Assembly: GCA_027622665.1 (NCBI GenBank)
Contig: JAQBYT010000015.1
Coordinates: 13,327 to 77,326 of the forward strand
DNA from: Verrucomicrobiota bacterium
GTDB taxonomy: Bacteria > Verrucomicrobiota > Verrucomicrobiia > Opitutales > Seribacteraceae
Direction of reading: 5' to 3'
Length of the DNA: 64,000 nt
Shown here: positions 30,661-37,855 of the stretch, in pieces
Layout: each line of letters opens with the position of its first letter
Numbering within the stretch: the stretch's first letter is position 1
Made by a program: the position numbers and the translations under genes
The notes under the pieces: model-generated
Databases searched by the model: none
Seen by the model: only the letters and a program-made list of their open reading frames with translations
What the model was told of the DNA's origin: nothing

Positions 30661-31142
30661 TGTCATTGCGAGCCCGGCAGGGCGTGGCAATCCAGTTTCC
30701 TCACTTTTTGTCATTGCGAGGAAGGTCTCGAAGAGAACTGACGTGGCAATCCAGTCTGAATCGTGGCACGGGATGCCCGGACGACGCGATGGGATGCCCC
30801 ATGGTTCCGCTGGATTGCCACGTCAGGACTTTGTCCATCCTCGCAATGACAGGGAGAGAAGTGGTGGGCGAGGCACCATGGTTCGTCACAGTTTAGGAAT
30901 ACCTTAACTCCACGCTGTCATTGCGAACCTGGCAGGGCGTGGCAATCCAGTCGAGGTCGTCTCCCCCACACGCTGTCATTGCGAGCCCGGCAGGGCATGG
31001 CAATCCAGTCGAGGTCATCTCCCCCACACGCTGTCATTGCGAGCCCGGCAGGGCGTGGCAATCCAGTCGAGGTCGTAATGCGGGATGCCCTACGCGTCCG
31101 CTGGATTGCCGCGTCAGGGCTTTGCCCTTCCTCGCAATGACA
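30661..31142. repeat. Cluster of 7 copies of a 35-46-nt palindromic repeat (TGTCATTGCGAG-N12-23-GGCAATCCAG): 5 forward, 2 inverted
   Basis: Forward copies at 30661-30695, 30709-30754, 30916-30950, 30974-31008 and 31032-31066. Inverted copies at 30810-30851 and 31101-31142. Pairs 30709-30851 and 31032-31142 can fold as long hairpins. The GGGATGCCC sub-motif occurs in the loops. Confidence 0.9.
30911..31076 (+). repeat. Three tandem 58-bp direct repeats (third copy truncated) built around the same core
   Basis: Units start at 30911, 30969 and 31027 (CACGCTGTCATTGCGA[A/G]CC[T/C]GGCAGGGC[G/A]TGGCAATCCAGTCGAGGTC[G/A]TCTCCCCCA). The 'spacer' parts are also repeated. Confidence 0.9.
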
Positions 31143-31344
31143 AGACAGGGAAACGAGAAAACCCGAACAGACCAAAGACTTCGGCTCCGAGTACATCTGC
31201 TCCACTTCCGTCGTCACCCTGCTCTACTTCGGCGGTTTCGAGAGCAACGCCACCCCGCGACAAGAACTCGACCTAATTACTCCCTACCAAGTCGTCCGGG
31301 CAAAGGGAAGTTTCGTAAAGCCGCCCACCTTGCCCGGGAAATAA
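31141..31344 (+). pseudogene. Start-less coding-like segment, possibly the 3' remnant of a gene truncated by the repeat cluster
   Basis: Frame opens after the TGA at 31138 and ends at the TAA at 31342. It reads ...KDFGSEYICSTSVVTLLYFGGFESNATPRQELDLITPYQVVRAKGSFVKPPTLPGK*. Strong C/G third-position bias like the neighbouring genes. No ATG/GTG/TTG start. Confidence 0.3.
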
Positions 31345-31391
31345 TAGCCCCACCCTACTCCCCGTGGCGGAATGAGAGATTGAGTCTTGGC

Positions 31392-32837
31392 TCAGGCTTC
31401 CACTACGGGAGCAGGCATTTCACGTTCGATCTCGTCGAGGCGGTAACCGAAGCCGGGACCGTCGATGGTGGAAAGATCCAGGCAACCATGCCTGCGCTGA
31501 TAGAGACCGGGGTGAACTTTTGCCTCCGGGTTCGAGGCCTCCGGATAAAACTGCATGGCGTTGCTTTCCACGCCCATGATGGTGCCCGCATGAGCGCCAA
31601 GCAAAACGTGTGGGATTTGAGCGAGCATGGGATTGGTGAGATCCTGCACCATTAGGGTCATGCCGTGGGCCTTGGCCCAGCAAAGGGAAAGCAAGGCGCC
31701 CGTCTGCGTCTTGCAGGTCTTGAGGGCGACACCTGTCCAACCCAGCTCGCGACCGAGGCGAACGTGCTCCCAATCGTGGGCGCTTTCGTCCATGAATAGC
31801 GGTTTGCGGGCGGATACGGAGTGCACGTCGATTTGGTGAGTCCGGAGGTCGTAGGGGAACGGTTGCTCCACGTAGAGGATTTTGGCGTAGGTGAGAGGCT
31901 CGTCGACGAGGAGCTGGTCGAGGATGTCGTTGACGTAGGCAGTATCCGTTACGGTGCAGTTGAAGTCGGTCGTAAGCCAGTCGACGTCGAGCCTGTTGGC
32001 GATGGCGCCGACGGAGGCGAGTCGGTCGTAGTCCCAATCGGCGTCGTTGCCGCGAAGCTTCACCTTAAGGCACTTTAGACCGTCGTGGGCAATCCAGTCC
32101 TCGAGGTGCACGGGGTATCCGTCGTCGGGTTCGTCTCCTGCCAGATCGGCTGGGGTAAGGGGGTCGAGACCTCCCACGAGATGCCATACGGGTTGGAGGC
32201 ATTTCGGTGAGGGGAGGAGGTAGTCGGCGGGAGTCTTGCCCTCAAAAGAGACTCCGGAACCCTCCGCAGGTTCGAGAAAAGCGGAAAGGTCGCGGTTCAG
32301 GTAATCGGGACCGTAGGCTTGGTAGACGGGGAGTCCGTTGATTTTTCCGTAGGCGTCGTGAAGCGCTATGTCGAAGGCGGAAGCGCACACGAGGGCAGCT
32401 AGCCACGGCATAGGTTCTTCTCCGAGGCGAAGCCCGGTATTGTAGTCGCTGAGGATTTTCGGCAAGCGACCAAAAAGAAAATCATGACCCAGTCCCAAAG
32501 CGTGACCGTACGATGAGGTGGAAGAGAACTTTCGGCAGAGACGCGCGGTGAAATCCTTAAGAGCCTCGTGACGATTCGAATACGGAATAGAAGAAGGCCA
32601 AACCCACTGCACGCTGAGCGGGGTTTCCCCCCATCCGGTCGCTTCAATGCCTCTAGCGTTAGCGACAGTAACGCTAGCACGGGCACAGGTGACGGAAGTG
32701 AGAGTTTCCAAACCGAACTTAAGCGGGACACGCGTTTCAACCGGTATGAAACGAAGTGAAGCGCTTTCAATTCTTATATCACGATGAGAGGGCATATGGT
32801 AATCAACATGTAATCCGGATGGATGGTCAAACTCCAT
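31392..32837 (-). CDS. Enolase-superfamily enzyme (mandelate racemase/muconate lactonizing enzyme family)
   Basis: 481 aa. KVKLRGNDADWDYDRL, LYVEQPFP, MDESAH, GVALKTCK. The start may be the internal Met at 32795. Confidence 0.85.
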   Translation of the reverse strand: MEFDHPSGLHVDYHMPSHRDIRIESASLRFIPVETRVPLKFGLETLTSVTCARASVTVANARGIEATGWGETPLSVQWVWPSSIPYSNRHEALKDFTARLCRKFSSTSSYGHALGLGHDFLFGRLPKILSDYNTGLRLGEEPMPWLAALVCASAFDIALHDAYGKINGLPVYQAYGPDYLNRDLSAFLEPAEGSGVSFEGKTPADYLLPSPKCLQPVWHLVGGLDPLTPADLAGDEPDDGYPVHLEDWIAHDGLKCLKVKLRGNDADWDYDRLASVGAIANRLDVDWLTTDFNCTVTDTAYVNDILDQLLVDEPLTYAKILYVEQPFPYDLRTHQIDVHSVSARKPLFMDESAHDWEHVRLGRELGWTGVALKTCKTQTGALLSLCWAKAHGMTLMVQDLTNPMLAQIPHVLLGAHAGTIMGVESNAMQFYPEASNPEAKVHPGLYQRRHGCLDLSTIDGPGFGYRLDEIEREMPAPVVEA

Positions 32838-32877
32838 TGCTCAAAGGTTTTGCTTTTCCTATCCGCAAATAATTGCG

Positions 32878-33612
32878 ATGATGGATGGAATTATGGACGG
32901 GGAGATAATAGGTCTTTTTGCACTTTTAGTAGGTCTGGAGTTGATTCTGGGCGTGGACAACGTGTTGGTCATCGCCATTCTCGTTTCTCGACTGCCCGAG
33001 GAAAAACGAAACCTGAGCCGGAATTTCGGCCTGAGCCTCGCCATGGTAGCCCGAATCGTGATGATAATCGGGGGTCTGCAACTAATTGAATTGACGGAAC
33101 CCGCATGGCCAAACGGACCCGGATGGTTTGCCTATTCCATAAGGGACCTCGCCTTGATGGCGGGTGGACTGTTTCTGATTTGGAAGGCGGTGAAGGAAAT
33201 TCACTCGACAGTGGAACTGGAAGAGGAACATGCGCCAAGTGGTGTAGGGTCAAGCTTTGGGTACGCCATCACGCAGATCGTGCTTCTCGACATCGTGTTT
33301 TCCTTGGACTCAGTGATCACTGCAGTGGGTCTGACCAACAATCTAATCGTCATAATCACGGCCGTTGTACTTTCCTTTGGCGTAATACTTTTCTTCGCCA
33401 AGCCGATTGGTGAATTCATTCTGGCCAACGTCTCAATCAAGATATTGGCCTTGGCTTTCCTCATCGTGATCGGGATCACCATCTTTGTGGAAGGCATGGG
33501 GCAGCACGTGGACAAAAAGCTCATCTACATGCCGATGGGCTTTGCCATGGTCATCCAATTTCTACAGATACGACACAATAAAAACAAGGAAAAGTTGAGT
33601 GACGAGAGCTAA
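32878..33612 (+). CDS. TerC-family integral membrane protein
   Basis: 244 aa. LELILGVDNVLVIAIL and a second LDIVFSLDSVITAVGL repeat, as is typical of TerC/YkoY/Alx. Confidence 0.9.
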   Translation: MMDGIMDGEIIGLFALLVGLELILGVDNVLVIAILVSRLPEEKRNLSRNFGLSLAMVARIVMIIGGLQLIELTEPAWPNGPGWFAYSIRDLALMAGGLFLIWKAVKEIHSTVELEEEHAPSGVGSSFGYAITQIVLLDIVFSLDSVITAVGLTNNLIVIITAVVLSFGVILFFAKPIGEFILANVSIKILALAFLIVIGITIFVEGMGQHVDKKLIYMPMGFAMVIQFLQIRHNKNKEKLSDES

Positions 33613-33662
33613 TCGAATCTTTGACGAACTGTTCCGGGAACCTCTTAGACCAACACGAAGCC

Positions 33663-34481
33663 ATGAGTAACGAACCGCCCAAAGCCTACCGCAACGAACA
33701 TTTCCTAAACAGTCACGAGGCACGCGCCATACGAGTGCAGTGCGAACTGATCGAACCGGAACGCAGGTTACTTGAAAACGAGGTGAATAACACTCTGGTT
33801 TTCTTCGGTTCAGCTCGATCCAAAGACCCCGAGGTCGCCCAAAAGGAACTGGATTACTTGCTTGAAGATCTCCCCACTGAAACAGAGCGCACGCCCGAGC
33901 AAGTAGAAAAGTTAAGAAAGGCGGAACAAGTGGTGCGCCTATCCAAGTACTACGGGGAGGCGGTCGAACTATCCAGGATGCTCACCGAATGGTCCCTCAA
34001 GATTCGGGATGCCGACCAGCAATTCCTCGTTTGCTCGGGGGGAGGCCCCGGCATGATGGAAGCCGCCAACAAGGGAGCACACGAAGCGGGCGGGAAATCA
34101 ATTGGCCTGGGAATCAGCCTGCCTTTCGAGCAAGGCGTAAATGAATTCGCGTCGCCTGAGCTATCATTCGAGTTCCACTATTTTTTCGTACGAAAGTTTT
34201 ATTTTCTTTACCATGCAAAGGCTCTCATCGTGTTTCCCGGTGGTTTCGGGACAATGGACGAACTATTTGAAACCCTCACTCTCATACAAACCCAAAAGCT
34301 CGGCAAAAAAATCCCCATCGTACTTTATGGGAAAGATTTCTGGGATGGCCTAATCAATTTCGAAAAGTACGCCGAATGGGGTGTCATTTCTCCCGGCGAC
34401 CTTGAGCTTTTTCAAATTGTCGACGACGTGCAAACGGCTTACGACCTAGTGCTCGAGGGCATTAAACCTTACTACCTCTAA
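33663..34481 (+). CDS. LOG-family (TIGR00730-type) nucleotide 5'-monophosphate nucleosidase-like protein
   Basis: GGGPGMMEAANKGA and PGGFGTMDELFE motifs. The track ORF begins at TTG 33621, but the ATG at 33663 (MSNEPPKAY) is preferred. Confidence 0.85.
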   Translation: MSNEPPKAYRNEHFLNSHEARAIRVQCELIEPERRLLENEVNNTLVFFGSARSKDPEVAQKELDYLLEDLPTETERTPEQVEKLRKAEQVVRLSKYYGEAVELSRMLTEWSLKIRDADQQFLVCSGGGPGMMEAANKGAHEAGGKSIGLGISLPFEQGVNEFASPELSFEFHYFFVRKFYFLYHAKALIVFPGGFGTMDELFETLTLIQTQKLGKKIPIVLYGKDFWDGLINFEKYAEWGVISPGDLELFQIVDDVQTAYDLVLEGIKPYYL

Positions 34482-36799
34482 TCGGCGCGGGCCCGCACTT
34501 GAGATAAAAAAGCTTTGGCCTGTGGGTTTCCGGGCATGAGTTGGACCACACTTTCGGCAAATGGGAGGGCATCCTTCCAGCGGTTTTCTTGGCCGTAGAG
34601 TTGAGCCAAGGCTTGAGGGAACTCGGGATTTGCAGGTTCTAACTTGTAGGCGACTTTAATTGCCGACGCGGCCTTTTCCCTTTGCTCCAATTGCCAATAC
34701 GCCACGCCTAGGTTGAAATGAATTCTTGGGTTTTCCGGCATAATGGAGGCAGCCCGAGACAAGCGTTGGGCAGCTTCGTCTAGGCGATTTTGGTCCTCGG
34801 CCAAAAGGAGTCCGAGGGAGTAGTGTCCTTGCCCCCAATCCGGCTCAAGACGGACGACTTGGCGAAGAAGCTTTTCCGCCTCTCGATTGCGCCCTCTTTG
34901 ATTAAGCAGGGTTGCAAGATTCATTCGAGCCGGAACAAAGGTTTCCTCCCTCTCTATGGCAGCTTTGTAGTAGCGTTCGGCATCCCGAGGATTCCCTTGG
35001 TTTTCGGCGAGGTTACCAAGAGAAAGGTTGGCCTCGGGGCGATCGAGGTTGCTCAAGAAGCGAGCCTTCAGTTCACGGAATGCTATGTCGAACTGCTTCT
35101 TTTCCTCCGGAGTAAAAATATGAGAAGGAAGACGAGAAAGTACTCGCGCTGCCTCTGTCCGAACGGAAAGAATCGGGTCTTTCAGTATAGGGCCCAGAGT
35201 CTGCTTCAGTTCGTTGTCGGGAAGATTCTCAAGAGTGTTGACCGCGGCAACTCGCATGATGGGATTAGGATCAGTGGTGCGCACGCGAGCCTCGGCAAAG
35301 CTGGCGGGGCTAAGAAAACTTCGTAGGGCCAGCAAGGCTCCGGATCTACTGAAGACAGGCGACTCCAGGTCACGAACAGTACCCAAAAGAAGTTTCTCCG
35401 CCTCGGGCTTGCGATTGCGGAATGCATGAAAGGCCTCGGGGTGACGCACTTCCCGAGGACGATCCGGCCCCTTGAACTCTTCCACCTTTGCCGCGGCCCA
35501 AGCTGCGTCTTTGTCATCGTGGCAGCGGTTGCAGGCGTTGGGGGTGCCGTACTTAACACTGAGATCGGGACGGGGAATACGGATGCTGTGGTCGCGCCTC
35601 GGGTCCACCACCATGTAGGTCTTTTCCGGCATATGGCACTCCACGCATTGAGCTCCTTTGGATCCCATTGGATGGAAATGGTGGGCAGGCGAATCATAGA
35701 GCGTAGGATTGTCGGGTTTCGGCAAATGACAACGCATGCATAGCTGGTTGCCTTTGACGTAAGTTCGAGCGGTGTGCGGGTCGTGACAATCCGCGCACTT
35801 TACGCCCTTGTGGAACATCTTGCTTTGGATAAAAGATCCGAAGACATAGACCTCATCGTCGATTTGACCGTCCACGTGATAGGTCGGAGCGCTCATGCCG
35901 GGGGCCCACGGTTGGGCGACCTCGGGAAGAAAATGATCGAGAAACCTCGAACCGACGTGATGTCCGGGATGCACGAATCCGCGACGAGCGTGGCACTTTG
36001 CGCAGGACTCGACCTGAAGCTTGTTGGAACTGTTTACGTCGGCGAGTCCGTAGTGGGTCATGCCCTGCCAACCATTATCCGCCTTCGCCATTTCCACATG
36101 CTTGCGACCGGGGCCATGGCAAGCTTCACAGGCAACGGTCATCTCGGAATAAGAAGTGGTGAACTTTCGTGTTTTGGGATCATATCCCTTGCGCAGGTTG
36201 GTCGAATGGCAGTCGGCGCACATGTGATCCCAGTTCTGCATGGAGCGAGTCCAAAAGAGAGGATCGTTGGGCTTGATGTGTTCGTCGGTATAAATGTGAT
36301 ACCATTGTTTGCCCTCGACGTCCCAGCAAGTGGGCAAGACCTGCATGCGACCATCGGGAAATTGGACGAGGTATTGCTGCAGAGGTTCCCAACCGAAAGT
36401 GTGCTTCACTTGAAAAGTTTCCATTTCACCCTTCTGGTTTTCCGTTTCCACCATGTACTTGTCTCCTTCCCGAAAAAAACGAGAAAAGACGCCGTAACGC
36501 TCGAAAGTGGTGTTGTTGAAATCGCCACGCACAGTTTCAGGCGTAGGTAACTCCATGGCATGGAAGTGATGAGAACCGCGCCACTTCTCGTGCTGCTCCG
36601 CATGGCATTGAACACAGGTCGAGACACCGACGTACTCGTCGAGACGAGGGTCTCCAATCGAGTCAACTGATCGGCCCGTAGAATTTGAGACCGAACCGTC
36701 GCCGCATGAGGAAAGTAACCACAGCACCCCAAGGAGCAGAGCCACGGGAAATATCGATGAAATTAGTTTTAGTCTATATCTCACTAAATCATTAAGCAT
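34478..36799 (-). CDS. Octaheme c-type cytochrome fused to a C-terminal TPR-repeat region
   Basis: 773 aa. Signal/TM anchor. Eight CxxCH motifs (CVQCH, CADCH, CEACH, CAKCH, CADCH, CMRCH, CVECH, CNRCH). C-terminal TPR-like repeats (A..YY..AI......P...NLA..L). Confidence 0.85.
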   Translation of the reverse strand: MLNDLVRYRLKLISSIFPVALLLGVLWLLSSCGDGSVSNSTGRSVDSIGDPRLDEYVGVSTCVQCHAEQHEKWRGSHHFHAMELPTPETVRGDFNNTTFERYGVFSRFFREGDKYMVETENQKGEMETFQVKHTFGWEPLQQYLVQFPDGRMQVLPTCWDVEGKQWYHIYTDEHIKPNDPLFWTRSMQNWDHMCADCHSTNLRKGYDPKTRKFTTSYSEMTVACEACHGPGRKHVEMAKADNGWQGMTHYGLADVNSSNKLQVESCAKCHARRGFVHPGHHVGSRFLDHFLPEVAQPWAPGMSAPTYHVDGQIDDEVYVFGSFIQSKMFHKGVKCADCHDPHTARTYVKGNQLCMRCHLPKPDNPTLYDSPAHHFHPMGSKGAQCVECHMPEKTYMVVDPRRDHSIRIPRPDLSVKYGTPNACNRCHDDKDAAWAAAKVEEFKGPDRPREVRHPEAFHAFRNRKPEAEKLLLGTVRDLESPVFSRSGALLALRSFLSPASFAEARVRTTDPNPIMRVAAVNTLENLPDNELKQTLGPILKDPILSVRTEAARVLSRLPSHIFTPEEKKQFDIAFRELKARFLSNLDRPEANLSLGNLAENQGNPRDAERYYKAAIEREETFVPARMNLATLLNQRGRNREAEKLLRQVVRLEPDWGQGHYSLGLLLAEDQNRLDEAAQRLSRAASIMPENPRIHFNLGVAYWQLEQREKAASAIKVAYKLEPANPEFPQALAQLYGQENRWKDALPFAESVVQLMPGNPQAKAFLSQVRARAD

Positions 36800-36971
36800 G
36801 AAGATTCCCGCTAGATTTGCAACACGCGCCTAATACTATTAGTATTTCAAGCAATCAAGGAATGAATTGATGCAATTGTTAATAAAAACCTTGAAAAAGC
36901 AGAACCTCGTATTCAAAAAAAGTAAATCACCTGAGCATCCCACAACCTGCGAAACTAATGAATGAGCGACC

Positions 36972-37805
36972 ATGAGCGCGATTTACATCTCTAAAAACGG
37001 ACAGCAACTCGGACCATACTCAGTCGAGCAAATAAACGAAATGCTCGAGCAACAACAGGCTCTACTTACTGATGACGCCTGGATGGAAGGCATGCAAGGA
37101 TGGGAACCCATAAACTCCGAGGCTTTTGCTGATCTCGAAATCGGTCAAAGCGCAGCGAGCGATACAGCAGAGGTGTCTACTCAGCCTAGTCAAGCCCCAA
37201 CGCAAGCTTCCTCCGCTCTGGTGGAAACTGCGGTTCCCACCGGCGGAGGAAGTTTTAGCATCGGAGACTCGTTGTCCGAAGGTTTTGGTTTTTTCAAGGC
37301 GAATGCCGGGGCGAGCATTTTGTTCGTATTAATTAGCGGAGTCGTAGGAGCAATTCCTTTCGTCGGAGCTCTTCTCATGCCTTTAATGTCAATCAATTTC
37401 ATGGCTGGAGTTAAAAGGTATCGAAACAACGCTACCCCATTTGAAATGGGCCAACTTTTCGACTTCTCCCATGCCGTCGATAAAATCGTTGGGGCATTGG
37501 TTGTAGGAATTTTAATCATGATCGGAATGATCTTTCTAATTGTGCCCGGAATTATTCTCGCCCTCATGTGGGCCTTCCTTTACTGCGTTTTGGCGGATCG
37601 ACCGGGAACGTCTTTCACCGAAGCGATGAAGATTTCGGCGGCAGTCACAAAGGGAAATCGCTTCTCAATATTCCTATTTATGATCGTTTGCTCTTTGCTG
37701 GCCTTTGTCAGCATGATTCCTTTGGGTCTCGGACTACTCGTTACGATTCCCATGATTCAAGCCGCCATGTACTGCGCTTACGAAAGCTGCAAAGGGAACT
37801 CGTAA
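36972..37805 (+). CDS. GYF_2 (DUF4339) domain protein fused to a polytopic membrane domain
   Basis: 277 aa. IYISKNGQQLGPYSVEQINEMLEQQQALLTDDAWMEGMQGWEPI, then four or more hydrophobic helices. Confidence 0.75.
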   Translation: MSAIYISKNGQQLGPYSVEQINEMLEQQQALLTDDAWMEGMQGWEPINSEAFADLEIGQSAASDTAEVSTQPSQAPTQASSALVETAVPTGGGSFSIGDSLSEGFGFFKANAGASILFVLISGVVGAIPFVGALLMPLMSINFMAGVKRYRNNATPFEMGQLFDFSHAVDKIVGALVVGILIMIGMIFLIVPGIILALMWAFLYCVLADRPGTSFTEAMKISAAVTKGNRFSIFLFMIVCSLLAFVSMIPLGLGLLVTIPMIQAAMYCAYESCKGNS

Positions 37806-37817
37806 TCGAAAACTTCT

Positions 37818-37841
37818 CCCCTTTTGCCTAAAGGAAAGGGG
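37818..37841. terminator. Weak hairpin between convergent genes
   Basis: CCCCTTT (37818-37824) / AAAGGGG (37835-37841) with a 10-nt loop. No strong U-tract. Confidence 0.3.
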
Positions 37842-37855
37842 AAAGAAATTTACTC

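Noticed and set aside
30911-31076. A possible CRISPR array, because of regularly spaced ~35-nt repeats with ~23-nt intervening segments.
   Set aside because: The intervening segments are themselves identical between units, so this is a 58-bp tandem repeat with no unique spacers. There are only three units, no cas genes, and inverted copies nearby.
30660-31655. Track ORFs 30660..30896 (+), 30918..31217 (-), 30921..31655 (+) and 31085..31276 (+) as possible genes.
   Set aside because: They are translations of the palindromic repeats (CHCE.../...LAMT-type peptides) or Arg-rich off-frame readings. The 244-aa ORF runs antisense into the enolase-family gene.
32838-32877. A yybP-ykoY (Mn) riboswitch, expected upstream of the TerC-family gene.
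   Set aside because: Only 40 nt separate it from the divergent enolase-family start. That is far too short for the ~100-nt riboswitch, and no conserved core is visible.
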